The notes under the pieces were generated by a model that saw only the letters and a program-made list of their open reading frames with translations, ran no database searches and was not told the DNA's origin. The position numbers and the translations under genes are program-made. From Planctomycetota bacterium (GTDB taxonomy: Bacteria > Planctomycetota > UBA1135 > UBA2386), in assembly GCA_016794035.1 (NCBI GenBank), contig JAEUHS010000055.1, positions 11,351 through 75,350 on the forward strand: 64,000 nt of DNA, written 5' to 3'. Shown here piece after piece: positions 53,396-63,774 of the stretch; the first letter of the stretch is position 1; every line of letters starts with the position of its first letter.

Positions 53396-54387
53396 CAGTC
53401 GCGCCCCACCGGCCGGCGTCCGGTCTTGCTGCCCTGCCGCAGCTGCTGCAGCTTGCCGTCGAGCTGCTTGAGCTGCTCGAGCAGCCGCTGGGTCTGTTCG
53501 GGGGTCAGCTCCTTGGGCTCGACGGTCTCCCCGGGCGCGTCGGTGCGCGCCTGCTGCGGTTCGCCGTCGGGCTTCGGCTCCGGCTTCGCCGCATCGGGCT
53601 TCGGTTCCTGCGCTGGTTGCGCATCGTCCTTGCCGTCCTTGCCCGCATCCGGCTTCGGCTCCGGCGGCGGTTGCGGTTCGCCGGGCTTGCGTTCGCCCCC
53701 GTCGTCCTTCTGGTCGCCCTGGTCCTGGTGCTGCTGCTGGTCGCCCTGCTTGTCGTCGCCCTTCTGGTCCTTCTGGTCCTGCTTGTTCTCGTCCTGGTTC
53801 TCGTCCTGCTTGTCGTCCTGCTTCTGCTGCTCTTCGCGCTGCTGCTTCAGCTCGTCGATCTTCTTCTGCAGCTCGTCGAGGTAGCGCAACGCGCGCTCGG
53901 TGTTGCGCAGCAGCTCGGGGGTCGCCTTGGCCGCGGCACCGGCGACGAAGTGGTCCCTGGCCTGTTTCGCCTTGGCCAGCGCCTGCTCGAGCACGGGCAG
54001 CGGATCGGGCGGCGCCACGTCGGCCTGGCCGGCCGCCGGCGGCGGCACGCCACCACCCTGCGACATCGCATCGGCCTCACCCTCGAGCTGCTGCGCCTCG
54101 GCGAAACGAACGGCACCGAGCAGCCCGCGGTGCAGGTCGACGCGCGCGTCCTTGGCCAGCGCCGCGTACTTCTCGGCCGCCGTCTCGGCCGCGGCGAGGT
54201 CACCGGCGCGCCAGCTCGCCAGCGCCAGGTTCCACTGCAGGTCCGCCGCGTCGCCATCGTGTGCGATCGCGCTGCGGAACGCCGCCGCGGCCTCGGCGAA
54301 CCTGCCGTCGCGGTAGAGCTGCAGGCCCTGTTCGCGGTCGCCCCCACCGCCGGCACACAGACAGGCGAACAGCAGCAGCGTCTTCAT
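53392..54387 (-). CDS. BatC-like TPR lipoprotein with a long charged Q/D/K/E/P-rich tail
   Basis: MKTLLLFACLCAGGG (lipobox), TPR segment LYRDGRFAEAAAAFRSAI, and a low-complexity tail QREEQQKQDDKQDENQDENKQDQKDQKGDDKQGDQQQHQDQGDQKDD. ATGA overlaps on both sides. Confidence 0.7.
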   Translation of the reverse strand: MKTLLLFACLCAGGGGDREQGLQLYRDGRFAEAAAAFRSAIAHDGDAADLQWNLALASWRAGDLAAAETAAEKYAALAKDARVDLHRGLLGAVRFAEAQQLEGEADAMSQGGGVPPPAAGQADVAPPDPLPVLEQALAKAKQARDHFVAGAAAKATPELLRNTERALRYLDELQKKIDELKQQREEQQKQDDKQDENQDENKQDQKDQKGDDKQGDQQQHQDQGDQKDDGGERKPGEPQPPPEPKPDAGKDGKDDAQPAQEPKPDAAKPEPKPDGEPQQARTDAPGETVEPKELTPEQTQRLLEQLKQLDGKLQQLRQGSKTGRRPVGRDW

Positions 54388-55373
54388 CGGTGTCGACCTC
54401 CGGCCATCGCGATCTCGAACAGTAGCAGCACCAGCAGCGGCAGCAGCACCCACTGGTAGCGCGCGCGTTTGCCGGTCTGTTCCCCGGCGTCGTAGCTGCG
54501 CTTCTGCATCGGCAGCAGGCGCTTTGCGTGCAGTTCGTTCAGCGGCAGCACCATCGCATCGGCGCGCAGGAACTCGCCGCCGGTCACGTTCGCGACCGCG
54601 CGCAGGCTCTCCGGGTCCATCTTCGAGACGACCTCGGCGCCGTCCTGGTCGCGCAGGAACGTCTCGCCGCCGTCCGCGGCGACCGTGATCTTGCTGCCCA
54701 TCGAACTGCCGTAGCCGATCGCGTGCACGACGATGCCCTGGTCGTGCAGTTCGGTCGCCGCCTGCCGCCCGGCACCGGCGAGGTCCTCGCCATCGGTCAG
54801 CAGCACGACGGCAGTGGTCTTGTTGTGCTCGACGTCGGCGGTCTCCAGCGCCTTGCGCAGCGCCGCGGCGAGGTCGGTGCCGCCGGTCTTGACGGTCTCC
54901 GTGTCGACCTCGTCGAGCAGCCCGCGGAACGAGTCGAGGTCGTGCGTCAGCGGGATCCACAGGCGTGCCTGGCCCGCGAACACGACCAGACCGACACGGT
55001 CGCCGCCCTCGAGATCCGGCAGCACGGCGCGGATGTCCTGCAGCGCGCGCGCGAGCCGCGTCGGCTCGAGGTCGCGCGCCAGCATCGAGCGCGAGGTGTC
55101 GAGGCAGAAGATCAGGTCGAGGCCGCGCCGTTCGACCGACACCGGCTCGTCGCCGTAGCGCGGGTCCATCCAGCAGACGAGGCCGAGGCCGAGCAGCAGC
55201 GTCAGCCGCAGCGACTGCAGCAACGGCCGCGGCACCGCGTCGCCGCCGCGCGCGCCGTAGCGCCGCACCGCGCGCCGCGAACGATCGAACAGCGCCCACA
55301 GCAGCGCCCACGCGACCGGCAGCGCCAGCAGCCACGGCCAGAGGTCGGCGCGCGTGAACTGCAGCTCGTTCAC
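54384..55373 (-). CDS. vWA-domain protein BatB-like
   Basis: N-terminal TM helices, MIDAS motif LDLIFCLDTSRSM and VVLLTDGEDL. The GTG start overlaps the upstream stop (GTGA). Confidence 0.8.
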   Translation of the reverse strand: MNELQFTRADLWPWLLALPVAWALLWALFDRSRRAVRRYGARGGDAVPRPLLQSLRLTLLLGLGLVCWMDPRYGDEPVSVERRGLDLIFCLDTSRSMLARDLEPTRLARALQDIRAVLPDLEGGDRVGLVVFAGQARLWIPLTHDLDSFRGLLDEVDTETVKTGGTDLAAALRKALETADVEHNKTTAVVLLTDGEDLAGAGRQAATELHDQGIVVHAIGYGSSMGSKITVAADGGETFLRDQDGAEVVSKMDPESLRAVANVTGGEFLRADAMVLPLNELHAKRLLPMQKRSYDAGEQTGKRARYQWVLLPLLVLLLFEIAMAGGRHR

Positions 55374-56350
55374 GGGATCCTCCGGAACAGCAGCACCTCG
55401 GCGCAGAGCGCCAGCAGCAGCAGGCCGAGGCCGGCGCCGAGCGGCCACTCGAAGCGGTCGATCGTGCGGTAGCGCGGGTCCTCGAGCTCGGTCTTCTCCA
55501 GCTCGTCGATCTTGTCGTAGACCGCGCCAAGGTCCGCGTCGGTCTTCGGCTGGAAGAACGCGCCGCCGGTGGTCTCGGCGATCATGCGCAGGTCGGCGAA
55601 GTCCAGCCGCTGGAAGCCGAACGGCGTCGGCACGCCGTTGCCGAGCCCGATCGTGTGCACGCGGATGCCGCTGTCCTTGGCGAGCTTGGCGCCGTCGGCC
55701 GGCAGGATGTCGACGATCGTGTTCTCGCCGTCGGTCAGCAGCACCGCGACCTTCGCCTTCGCCTTGCTCTTGGCCAGCACCTGCACGGCCTTCGCCAGCG
55801 CGGTGCCGATCGCGGTGCCGTCGTACTCGGAGTTGGTCGGCACCGTGTCGACGCCGTGCAGGAACGCCGCCAGCGCGCGCTCGTCCAGCGTCGGCGGGCA
55901 GCGCAGTTCGGCGTAGTGCGCGAACGTGATCAGGCCGACCCGGTCGTGGCTGCGCTTCGCGGCGAACTGTTCGGCGCGCGAGCGCGCCGCGTCCATGCGC
56001 CGGATCGACTCGGTCTGGCTCATGTCGTCGATCGTCATCGACGAGCTGGTGTCGACGACCAGCACGATGTCGACGCCTTCCTCCTCGATCGGCACGACCT
56101 CGCGCTGCACCGGCCGCGCCATCGCCACCGACAGGCACAGCACCGCCAGCAGGCGTCCGGCCTGCGGCAGCCAGACCAGTCGCTGCCGCAGCGTCGGCCG
56201 CAGACCGGCGAACAACGACACCGACGCGGTGTGCAGCGCCGCGCGCGGACGCCACCAGCGCCACCCGACCGCCAGCACGGCCAGCGGCGCGACCAGCAGG
56301 AACCACGGGTCCAGCAGCGTGACCTCGCCGAACGTGAGGCTGGCGCTCAT
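55370..56350 (-). CDS. vWA-domain protein BatA-like
   Basis: N-terminal TM helices, MIDAS motif VDIVLVVDTSSSM and VAVLLTDGENT, plus a C-terminal TM helix. Confidence 0.8.
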   Translation of the reverse strand: MSASLTFGEVTLLDPWFLLVAPLAVLAVGWRWWRPRAALHTASVSLFAGLRPTLRQRLVWLPQAGRLLAVLCLSVAMARPVQREVVPIEEEGVDIVLVVDTSSSMTIDDMSQTESIRRMDAARSRAEQFAAKRSHDRVGLITFAHYAELRCPPTLDERALAAFLHGVDTVPTNSEYDGTAIGTALAKAVQVLAKSKAKAKVAVLLTDGENTIVDILPADGAKLAKDSGIRVHTIGLGNGVPTPFGFQRLDFADLRMIAETTGGAFFQPKTDADLGAVYDKIDELEKTELEDPRYRTIDRFEWPLGAGLGLLLLALCAEVLLFRRIP

Positions 56351-57297
56351 GCCGGCACCTCCGTCGCGGCGCGGTCGCCGGCGGTGGTCGCCACGAACGC
56401 CTCGGCCAGCGCGAACGTCGCCAGGTGCTCGGGCTCGCCCGGCGTCGCCGCCGCGAACTTCACCAGATCGCACTGCGACAGGAAGCGTTCGAGTTCGGCG
56501 CGGTGCTCGCGCGCGAGCTGGTCGCCGGCCTCGAGGTCACGCAGGAACTCCTCGGTGGTGCGCTCGGGCGCGCGCAGGCCGAAGCGCTCCTCGAGATACG
56601 TGCGCAGCACGTCCGACACCTCGACGTAGAACCCGGCGACCTGCGCCGAGGTGCCGCGCGGCGCCGTGCGCAGCCGCGCGAGCGCGCGCTGCGCCTTCAC
56701 GTGCGGCGGCAGCGCCACCGCCTCGCGGTGCGGCACCGCGCGCCGCCGACGGCGCCAGGCGACGAAGCCGAGCGCCCCGAGCAGCAGCAGGCCGGCGGCG
56801 CCGGCGATCCACCACGGCAGCCGCGACGGCGGCGGGAACGGCGCGCCCGGCGCTTCGATCGCCGCGCCCTGGTCGACCAGCGACGACAGCACGGTGATCG
56901 TCTGTTCGGGCGTGCTGGCGGCCGACGCACCGTCCTTGGCACGGGCGACGAACGACGGCAGCACCAGGTCGGCCGGGCCGCGCACCGGCCGCAGCGTCAG
57001 CAGCGTGTGCTGCCACCGGCCGTCGCCGAACGCGGTCTCCGGCAGCGACACCTTGTCGACCAGGAAGTCCGCCGGGTCGACCGCGGGCGCGAACTCCACC
57101 TCGACGTCGTTGCGGCGGTAGAGGTCGAGCTGCACCAGCACCGGCTCCAGCAGGTGCACCTTGCGCGCCGACACCCGGATCTCGAGGGCGAGCGCGTCCG
57201 GCGGCGGTGTCGGCCACGGCGGCACAGGCCCGCCGCAGGCCGCGACCAGCGCGACCAGCAGGCACCGCACCACCGCCGAGCGCGCGCGCGTCGTCAC
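56347..57297 (-). CDS. DUF4381-like membrane protein of the MoxR/Bat operon
   Basis: Lipobox-like LLVALVAACGG and a central TM helix WWIAGAAGLLLLGALGFVAWRRRRR. The C-terminus reads FYVEVSDVLRTYLEERFGLRAPERTTEEFL. GTG start with a GTGA overlap. Confidence 0.65.
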   Translation of the reverse strand: MTTRARSAVVRCLLVALVAACGGPVPPWPTPPPDALALEIRVSARKVHLLEPVLVQLDLYRRNDVEVEFAPAVDPADFLVDKVSLPETAFGDGRWQHTLLTLRPVRGPADLVLPSFVARAKDGASAASTPEQTITVLSSLVDQGAAIEAPGAPFPPPSRLPWWIAGAAGLLLLGALGFVAWRRRRRAVPHREAVALPPHVKAQRALARLRTAPRGTSAQVAGFYVEVSDVLRTYLEERFGLRAPERTTEEFLRDLEAGDQLAREHRAELERFLSQCDLVKFAAATPGEPEHLATFALAEAFVATTAGDRAATEVPA

Positions 57298-58229
57298 CGT
57301 TTGGCTCCGCGCAGTTCGCGCATGCGGAAGAAGCGCACCAGCGGGTCGGCGACCGAGCCGGTGGTGTGCACGTCGAGCAGGTCGACCTTGGCGCGGCGGC
57401 AGGTGTCGAGCAGCTGCTGTCGTTCGAGCTGCCAGCGCTGCTGCAGTTCGCGCCGCACGCGCGCACTCTGCGTGTCGACGACGATCGTGCGCCCGGTCTC
57501 CGGATCGGCGACGTGCAGCAGGCCGACCTCGGGCAGCGTGCCGACCGTGCCGTCCGGCAGCAGCCCGGCCGCGAACGGGTCGCGGATGCGCACCGCGATC
57601 ACGTCGTGCCGCTGCGACAGCAGCCGCAGCTTGTTGCCGACGTCGGCCGCGAGGAAGTCGCTGACGACGAACACGATCGCGCGCCGGCGCTGCACGCGGC
57701 CGGCGTAGTCGAGCGCCGCCACCAGGTCCGAACGCGACTTCGGCACCGGCGGCGCGCACGCCTCGCGGATCAGCCGCAGCACGTGGTTGCGGCCCTTCTT
57801 CGCCGGCACGTAGCGTTCGATGCGGTCGGTGAACGTGATCAGCCCGGCCTTGTCGTTGTTGCGCGCCGCCGCGAACGCGACGCAGCCGACGAACAACGCC
57901 GCCGTGGTCGCCACCGTGCGCCGGCTGCTGCCCGGCGGGGTCGAGCCGAACGCCATCGACGCCGACACGTCGAGCAGGAACAGCACCGTCAGCTCGCGCT
58001 CCTCGACGAACTTCTTCACGAACGGCCGCCCGGTGCGCGCGGTGACGTTCCAGTCGACCGAGCGCAGCTCGTCGCCCTCGGCGAACTCGCGCACCTCGTC
58101 GAACTCGATGCCCGAGCCGCGGAACACGGAGCTGTAGCCGCCCGCCATCACGTCGGTGACCATGCGGTCCGCGCGCACCTGGATGCGCCGCGCCTCCGCC
58201 AGCAGTTCGGGGTCGATCACCGACGCCAT
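57294..58229 (-). CDS. DUF58 family protein (vWA-like, MoxR-associated)
   Basis: [50 protein letters not shown] is a classic DUF58 signature. Confidence 0.88.
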   Translation of the reverse strand: MASVIDPELLAEARRIQVRADRMVTDVMAGGYSSVFRGSGIEFDEVREFAEGDELRSVDWNVTARTGRPFVKKFVEERELTVLFLLDVSASMAFGSTPPGSSRRTVATTAALFVGCVAFAAARNNDKAGLITFTDRIERYVPAKKGRNHVLRLIREACAPPVPKSRSDLVAALDYAGRVQRRRAIVFVVSDFLAADVGNKLRLLSQRHDVIAVRIRDPFAAGLLPDGTVGTLPEVGLLHVADPETGRTIVVDTQSARVRRELQQRWQLERQQLLDTCRRAKVDLLDVHTTGSVADPLVRFFRMRELRGAKR

Positions 58230-58242
58230 GACGGCTCCTCCG

Positions 58243-59232
58243 TCAGGGCACCTTGACCGTGTCGAACACGGTCTGCAGGACCTGTTCGCTGGTCACGCCT
58301 TCGGCCTCGGCCTCGTAGGTCGTCAGCACGCGGTGGCGCAGCACCATCAGGCCGGTCGCCTTGACGTCCTGCGGCGTCACGAAGCCGCGGCCCTCGAGGA
58401 ACGCGCGCGCGCGGGCCGTGCGCGCCAGCGCCAGCGAGGCGCGCGGCGAGGCGCCGTAGAGGATCAGCGGCTTCAGCTTCGCGAGGCCGACCGCGGCCGG
58501 ATCGCGCGTCGCGAACACCAGGTCGACGATGTAGCCCTTGACCTTGTCGTCGAGGTAGATCGTGTCCAGCAGCTGCCGCATGCGCAGCAGCTCCTGCGGC
58601 GTCGTGACCGGCCGGACGTCGGTGCTCGCCGCGAGGCCGGCCATGCGGTCGATGATCTTCAGCTCCTCCTGCTTGCTCGGGTAGCCGACCACGAGCTTGA
58701 CCAGGAAGCGGTCGATCTGCGCCTCGGGCAGCGCGTAGGTGCCTTCCTGTTCGACCGGGTTCTGCGTCGCCAGCACCAGGAACGGGTCCGGCAGCTTGCG
58801 CGTGTCGCCGGCCAGCGTGACCTGACGCTCCTGCATCGCCTCGAGCAGCGCCGACTGCACCTTGGCCGGCGCGCGGTTGATCTCGTCGGCGAGCACGAAG
58901 TTGGCGAACACCGGCCCTTCCTTGACCTGCCACTCGCCGGTCTTCGGGTTGTAGACGTGCGTGCCGACCAGGTCGGCCGGCAGCAGGTCGGGCGTGAACT
59001 GGATGCGGCGGAACTGGCCGCCGACCGCGCGCGCCAGCGACGACACCGCCAGCGACTTGGCGAGCCCGGGCAGGCCCTCGAGCAGCACATGGCCGTCGGC
59101 GAGCAACGCGATCAGCAGACCGTCGAGCAGGGCGTCCTGGCCGACGATCACGTTCTGCAGCGCCTGCCGCACGGCCTGCAGGCTCTTGCTCTCCGACTGG
59201 ATGCGTTGGGCGATGGCGACGACGTCGGTCAT
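58243..59232 (-). CDS. MoxR-family AAA+ ATPase
   Basis: Walker [14 protein letters not shown] and Walker [28 protein letters not shown]. Confidence 0.93.
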   Translation of the reverse strand: MTDVVAIAQRIQSESKSLQAVRQALQNVIVGQDALLDGLLIALLADGHVLLEGLPGLAKSLAVSSLARAVGGQFRRIQFTPDLLPADLVGTHVYNPKTGEWQVKEGPVFANFVLADEINRAPAKVQSALLEAMQERQVTLAGDTRKLPDPFLVLATQNPVEQEGTYALPEAQIDRFLVKLVVGYPSKQEELKIIDRMAGLAASTDVRPVTTPQELLRMRQLLDTIYLDDKVKGYIVDLVFATRDPAAVGLAKLKPLILYGASPRASLALARTARARAFLEGRGFVTPQDVKATGLMVLRHRVLTTYEAEAEGVTSEQVLQTVFDTVKVP

Positions 59233-59272
59233 GCGAGACTCTGCGCGCGGGGTGGTTCCAAAGTGGCGGACG

Positions 59273-59300
59273 ACGATACCGGCGCGCCCGGACTCCTCAA
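59273..59300 (-). promoter_or_regulatory. Candidate sigma70-type promoter of the MoxR/Bat operon
   Basis: The minus strand reads TTGAGG, then a 16-nt spacer, then TATCGT. The -35 element lies inside the first 17-nt repeat. Confidence 0.3.
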
Positions 59301-59357
59301 TTCCGCAGACTCCTCAATTCTGCAGACTCCTCGCTCGTGCGACTCGTCAATCGCGCG
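59291..59357. repeat. 17-nt tandem repeat array (2 near-identical and 2 degenerate copies)
   Basis: gactcctcaattccgca (59291-59307), gactcctcaattctgca (59308-59324), gactcctcgctcgtgc (59325-59340) and gactcgtcaatcgcgcg (59341-59357). GC content is locally low. Confidence 0.85.
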
Positions 59358-59802
59358 CGGCGATGCGCGCCGCGAAACGCTCGCGCACGACCAGATAGCG
59401 CAGCCCGGGCAGCGCGCGCGCGTCGACCGAGAACCGCTGCCATGCCACCACCGCGTCGCCGGCCGCGGCGAGGGCCGCCTCGGCCGCATCCCGCTCACCG
59501 GCGACGGCGACGGCCGCCAGCGCATCGCCGAGCCGCGGTCGCAGCCGGGCGAAGTCCGCCGCGGCGTCGGCCCAGGCCGAGGCCGGCGCGGCGACGCCGA
59601 CCAGATCGCGCAGCGCCAGCGCGTCGGCCAGCGACAGGCCGTGCGCGGCGGCCACCGCGGCGGCCGCCGCGCGATCGTGTTCGATGGTCAGGAACGACGA
59701 GCGGTGCCGCAGCCAGAAGAACGCGACCAGGAACGTGACCGTCAGCAGCACGATCGCCGGCCACGAACCGACGCGGCCGCGCACGAGCGGGTCCGCCGCC
59801 AC
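59347..59802 (-). CDS. Hypothetical small membrane protein
   Basis: TM helix [18 protein letters not shown] followed by an Ala-rich helical region. GTG start candidates at 59802 or 59784. This is the only plausible part of the long 59347-62904 ORF. Confidence 0.45.
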   Translation of the reverse strand: MAADPLVRGRVGSWPAIVLLTVTFLVAFFWLRHRSSFLTIEHDRAAAAAVAAAHGLSLADALALRDLVGVAAPASAWADAAADFARLRPRLGDALAAVAVAGERDAAEAALAAAGDAVVAWQRFSVDARALPGLRYLVVRERFAARIAARD

Positions 59803-59822
59803 CGGGTCGGGCGCACCGGCGT

Positions 59823-62687
59823 TCAGCGACCCTGCGCCGCCCGCGCGTTCTCGGCCAGCAGACGGTAGCGCGCGGCGATGCCCTCGCGCACCTCCACCGG
59901 CGTGTCCGGCGACACCACGCCGAAGTCCTCGTTGGTCAGCGTGCGCAGCACCGCGGCGCTCAGCACGCGCAGCCGCGGCGTGCGCGACTCGACCAGCAGG
60001 CGCGCCAGTTCGGGCACCGCGCCGAGCCCGGCCGACGCCGCGAACTGCTCCGGCCGCAGCGTCGTCGTCTCGTCGACCACGCGCAGCGCGTCGAGCAGCC
60101 ATTGCCACTGCGGATCGTTGCGATGATCGCGGTACCACTTCTCGATGGCGCCGACCCGATCGTCCTGCGACAGCAGGTCGGTGCCGGTCGTCGAGGCCAG
60201 CAGGCCGGCCGCGGCGAGGCCGTGCTGCGGGTGGCGCAGCAGGTCCATCAGATCCGGCACCGTCGCCGCGTCCTGGTAGCTGCCGAGCAGCAGCACCAGC
60301 TGGTCGCGCGTCTCCGGATCCTGCACCACCTGCAGCTGCGCGCGCAGCGCCGGCACGGCCAGCGTGCCGCCCATGCGCTGCAGGTAGTAGCGCGCCAGGT
60401 CGCCGAGGTCGCGGCCGTGGCTGACGACCACGAGGTCGGCCAGCAGGTGCGCGGCGCGCAGGTCGCGCAGTTCGCCGAGGCCGCGCAGGGCCGCCTCCTT
60501 GTCCTCCCTGGCCGGCGCCGTCAGCGAACGCTGCAGCACCGCGAAGGCCTGGTCGCCGCCGACGCGGCCGAGCGCGCGCAGGCATTCGCGGCGCAGCGCC
60601 GGATCGGTGGCCTCGGCCACGACCTTGCCGATCAGCGGCGTCGCGGCGCCGGGCAGCTGCAGCTGCCCGCAGGCGTGCGCCGCGACGACGGCGACGTCGA
60701 GGTCCGGGTCGTCGAGCAGCCGGATCAGCCGCGGCCCGGCGCGCAGGTCGCGCACGCCGACAGTCTCCTCGACCGCCGCGCGCCGCACGACGGGGTCGTC
60801 GTCGCCGAGCGCCGCCAGCACGGCGTCGACGCCGAGCACCGCGAACACCGAACGCACGGCCGGACGGCCACCGCCGGTGCCGGTGGCGGCCAGCGCGACG
60901 CACTCGCGCCAGACGCGATCGCCGGGCACGGCCGCCGCCAGCTCCAGCAGCCGCAGGTCGAGGTCTTCGAGGTGCGGCTGCGTGCGCAGCAGCGCGACGA
61001 CGCTGGCGCCGTCCTCCTCGCGCAGCAGGTTCGCGCGCTGCGGGTCGCGCAGCAGACGCTCGATGCCGCGCGCGCGCAGCTGCGGCGACAGCGAGGCCCA
61101 CTGCTGCACCAGCCGCTGCGCGAAGCGCTGGCCGTGCGCGAGCGGGTCGGGGTGGGCCTGGAACCAGCGCCGCTCGGCGCGCCAGAACGCGGCGCGGTCC
61201 GGCTCGTCGGTCGCATGGCGGTACAGCTGCCACAGTTCGGCGGTCAGCTGCTCCTCGAGCGCTCGCACCAGGCCGTCGAATGCGGGCCAGTCGCCGGCGG
61301 GCACGGCGAACTGCGACCGGCCGTTCGGGATCTGCAGCGTCAGCGACCGCACCGGCGACAGGCCGGTCGCCTGGCGCATGACCTCGACGTCGCCGAAACC
61401 ACCGCGGTGCAGGGTCGCGACCAGCTGCACCATCTGCTCGGCGCCGAGCAGGATCTCGGTCGCGCCGGCGACCGGCGGCGTGTCGGCCAGGCCCTCGGCC
61501 AGGAAGCGCAGCTGCCGCTGCGAATCCTGCAGCGCCACCACCGCGAACGGTGCCGACGCCGCGTCGACGTCGATCCGCGCGCGCATGCCGACGAACGTGT
61601 CCTTCTGCGCCTGCCACCAGTCGCGCCACGGCAGCACGTCGGTGCTGGTCAGCAGGCGACCCGTCGCGCGCAGCAGCCGCTGTTCGGCGGGCCGACGCAG
61701 CAGATCGAGGTTGGGCACGAACTGCAGCGGCGACACGACCTCGATCAGCGCCTCGACCAGCTGCCGATCGCGGTCGACCGCCACGCCGCGGTAGCACAGG
61801 TCGGCGAGCGGCACCGCGACCAGGCTGCGCGTCAGCGCTTCGTGGTCGGCCAGCCGCTCGAGCAGGATCGGCGCCACCGCCTCGGGCACCACCGGCCGGC
61901 CGGTGTCCTGCTCGATCTGCGCCAGCGCGAACGCCGCGTAGGCATGGCCACGATCGACCGGCGGCTCGCCGCACAGCCGCTGCAGGTGCGGCACCGCCGC
62001 GTTGCCGAGCCGCACCAGCGCGGCGCAGGCGGCGCCGGCGAGCGCCGGATCCTTCGACAGCAGTTCCACCAGGCGCGCGCGCGCGCGTTCGTCGGGCACC
62101 GCGCTCAGCAGGTCGACGCCGCGCAGCTGCAGGTCGAGCGTCTGGTCCGAGGACAGCTGCAAGGCGAAGTGCAGATCGTCGGCCGCTGCCATCGTCACCA
62201 GCACGTCCATCGCGGCGCGCCGCGCGCCGGCGACGCGGCCGAGCACGCACTGCTGCAGCGCCCTCTTCGCGTCGTCGCCCTTGAGCGCCACCATCGTGTC
62301 GATCACCGTGCGCGTCGCGTCCCCGAGCGGCCGGGCCAGCAGCTGGAACAGCAGCTCGTCGGCGACCCGCGAGCTGCCGGTGGTGCTGCCGAACCGCCGG
62401 GCCACCACCATCAGGTTCTGCATCTCGTTGGCGCGCGCCGAGCGGGCGACGTCGAGGATCAGCGGCTCGAGCACCGGATAGGCGAGCGCCATGTCCTGCA
62501 GCTTCGACTCGACCTTGGGCCCCGGCCCCTGCATCTCGGTCAGGTCGCGCCGGAAGCGTTCGATCTCGCTGAGCGGCCGCTGCTGCGGCACGGCGGTCGA
62601 GTTCGGCTTGCGCGGCGGCAGGCGCAGGTCGCCCTGCGGCAACGGCACGGACGCACAGAGGGAGAGCAGGCAGGCGGCGAACGTCAT
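59823..62687 (-). CDS. Large HEAT/ARM-repeat protein with signal peptide
   Basis: 954 aa from [19 protein letters not shown] (ATG verified at 62687). It contains many motifs of the type DPxVRxxAxxALGxxG. Confidence 0.75.
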   Translation of the reverse strand: MTFAACLLSLCASVPLPQGDLRLPPRKPNSTAVPQQRPLSEIERFRRDLTEMQGPGPKVESKLQDMALAYPVLEPLILDVARSARANEMQNLMVVARRFGSTTGSSRVADELLFQLLARPLGDATRTVIDTMVALKGDDAKRALQQCVLGRVAGARRAAMDVLVTMAAADDLHFALQLSSDQTLDLQLRGVDLLSAVPDERARARLVELLSKDPALAGAACAALVRLGNAAVPHLQRLCGEPPVDRGHAYAAFALAQIEQDTGRPVVPEAVAPILLERLADHEALTRSLVAVPLADLCYRGVAVDRDRQLVEALIEVVSPLQFVPNLDLLRRPAEQRLLRATGRLLTSTDVLPWRDWWQAQKDTFVGMRARIDVDAASAPFAVVALQDSQRQLRFLAEGLADTPPVAGATEILLGAEQMVQLVATLHRGGFGDVEVMRQATGLSPVRSLTLQIPNGRSQFAVPAGDWPAFDGLVRALEEQLTAELWQLYRHATDEPDRAAFWRAERRWFQAHPDPLAHGQRFAQRLVQQWASLSPQLRARGIERLLRDPQRANLLREEDGASVVALLRTQPHLEDLDLRLLELAAAVPGDRVWRECVALAATGTGGGRPAVRSVFAVLGVDAVLAALGDDDPVVRRAAVEETVGVRDLRAGPRLIRLLDDPDLDVAVVAAHACGQLQLPGAATPLIGKVVAEATDPALRRECLRALGRVGGDQAFAVLQRSLTAPAREDKEAALRGLGELRDLRAAHLLADLVVVSHGRDLGDLARYYLQRMGGTLAVPALRAQLQVVQDPETRDQLVLLLGSYQDAATVPDLMDLLRHPQHGLAAAGLLASTTGTDLLSQDDRVGAIEKWYRDHRNDPQWQWLLDALRVVDETTTLRPEQFAASAGLGAVPELARLLVESRTPRLRVLSAAVLRTLTNEDFGVVSPDTPVEVREGIAARYRLLAENARAAQGR

Positions 62688-62803
62688 GGGGCAGGGCGGG
62701 TTCGGCGCCGGCCGGGGGTCTTGGCCAGCGCGACTCGGAGGGGCGGGATGATAGCCGCGCCGGCGGCCGATGTCCCGCAACCGACCGACACCCGGGCGCT
62801 GCC

Positions 62804-63757
62804 TTGCGCGCCGGGCGAAAGCGGCCACGATCCCCCCGCTTGCCCGTCTCTCCGCTGCGCGTCCACCTGGCCCTGATCACCGTCTCGGTGCTGTTCGGCG
62901 CCAACTACGTGTTCACCAAGCGCATCCTCGCGGCGGTGCCGCCGCAGTCGTGGGTGCTGTTCCGCATCGCCGCGGCGACGCTGGTCATGGTGCCGCTGGC
63001 ATTGGCGCTGCGGCCGCGGCGTGCGCTGCCGCGCGGCAAGGTGTGGCTGGGACTGCTGGTGGCGTCGTTCTTCGGCGTCGTGCTCAACCAGGTCCTGTTC
63101 ACCGAGGGCATGGCGCGCACGACGCCGGAACACAGCGCGGTCGTCAACGCCTGCATCCCGACCTGGACCCTGCTGGTCGCGGTCTGCGCCGGCCAGGAAC
63201 GGCTCGGCCGGCTGCGCGTGCTGGCGATCGGCTGCGCGCTCGGCGGCGTGTTCTACCTGCTCGGCGTCGACCAGATGCTGCTCGGGCAAGGGCCCCCGGT
63301 GTTCGCCAGCGGCGCCTCGGTGCTCGGCGACCTGCTGACGATGGGCAACGGGGTCGCGTTCGCCGTGCACCTGGTGATGATGCGGCGGCTCGGGCGCGAG
63401 GTCGATCCGTGGCTGGCGACCGCGGTGATGTTCGTCGCCGCGACGGCGATGATCGGCAGCTGGAGTGGCCCGCAGATCGAGGCCGCGCACGTCGACGCGG
63501 TGCGGTGCTCGCCGACGCTGTGGTTCGCGATCTATGCGGTGCTGTTCGCGACGGTGCTGACCTACCTGCTGAACACCTGGGCGCTGCGCCACGCGCACAG
63601 CTCGCAGGTCGCGCTCTACATCAACGTGCAGCCGCTGGTCGCCGCGTCGCTGGGCACCGCGCTCGGCGCGCCGCTGCCGGGGCACCGCTTCTTCGTCGCG
63701 CTGGTGTTCGTCGCGGCAGGACTCTGGCTGCAGACGCGCGCGGCGCGCGCCGCGTGA
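62804..63757 (+). CDS. EamA/DMT-family transporter
   Basis: About 10 predicted TM helices in two EamA halves (LALITVSVLFGANYVFTK...; LLTMGNGVAFAVHLVMMRRL...). The exact start is uncertain. Confidence 0.8.
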   Translation: MRAGRKRPRSPRLPVSPLRVHLALITVSVLFGANYVFTKRILAAVPPQSWVLFRIAAATLVMVPLALALRPRRALPRGKVWLGLLVASFFGVVLNQVLFTEGMARTTPEHSAVVNACIPTWTLLVAVCAGQERLGRLRVLAIGCALGGVFYLLGVDQMLLGQGPPVFASGASVLGDLLTMGNGVAFAVHLVMMRRLGREVDPWLATAVMFVAATAMIGSWSGPQIEAAHVDAVRCSPTLWFAIYAVLFATVLTYLLNTWALRHAHSSQVALYINVQPLVAASLGTALGAPLPGHRFFVALVFVAAGLWLQTRAARAA

Positions 63758-63774
63758 CGCTACTGTGCGCGGTG

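Noticed and set aside
49529-53884. 1451-aa plus-strand ORF across the OMP and BatD genes
   Set aside because: It is antisense to signal-peptide-bearing, family-assignable genes. It ends in an implausible S/C/F-rich tail that mirrors the charged BatC tail on the other strand.
59291-59357. Mini-CRISPR or other spacer-repeat array
   Set aside because: The units are directly adjacent with no spacers, number only 2 good copies and are 17 nt long. No cas genes are present. It is a simple tandem repeat in a promoter region.
59347-62904. 1185-aa minus-strand ORF, plus the upstream extensions of ORFs 30353-33649, 33746-35560, 39078-41366, 11972-12802 and 3625-4650
   Set aside because: Only the 3' portions match known proteins or have sensible starts coupled to the upstream stop codons. 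The long 5' extensions are out-of-frame read-throughs of neighbouring genes (Arg/Pro/Ala-rich).
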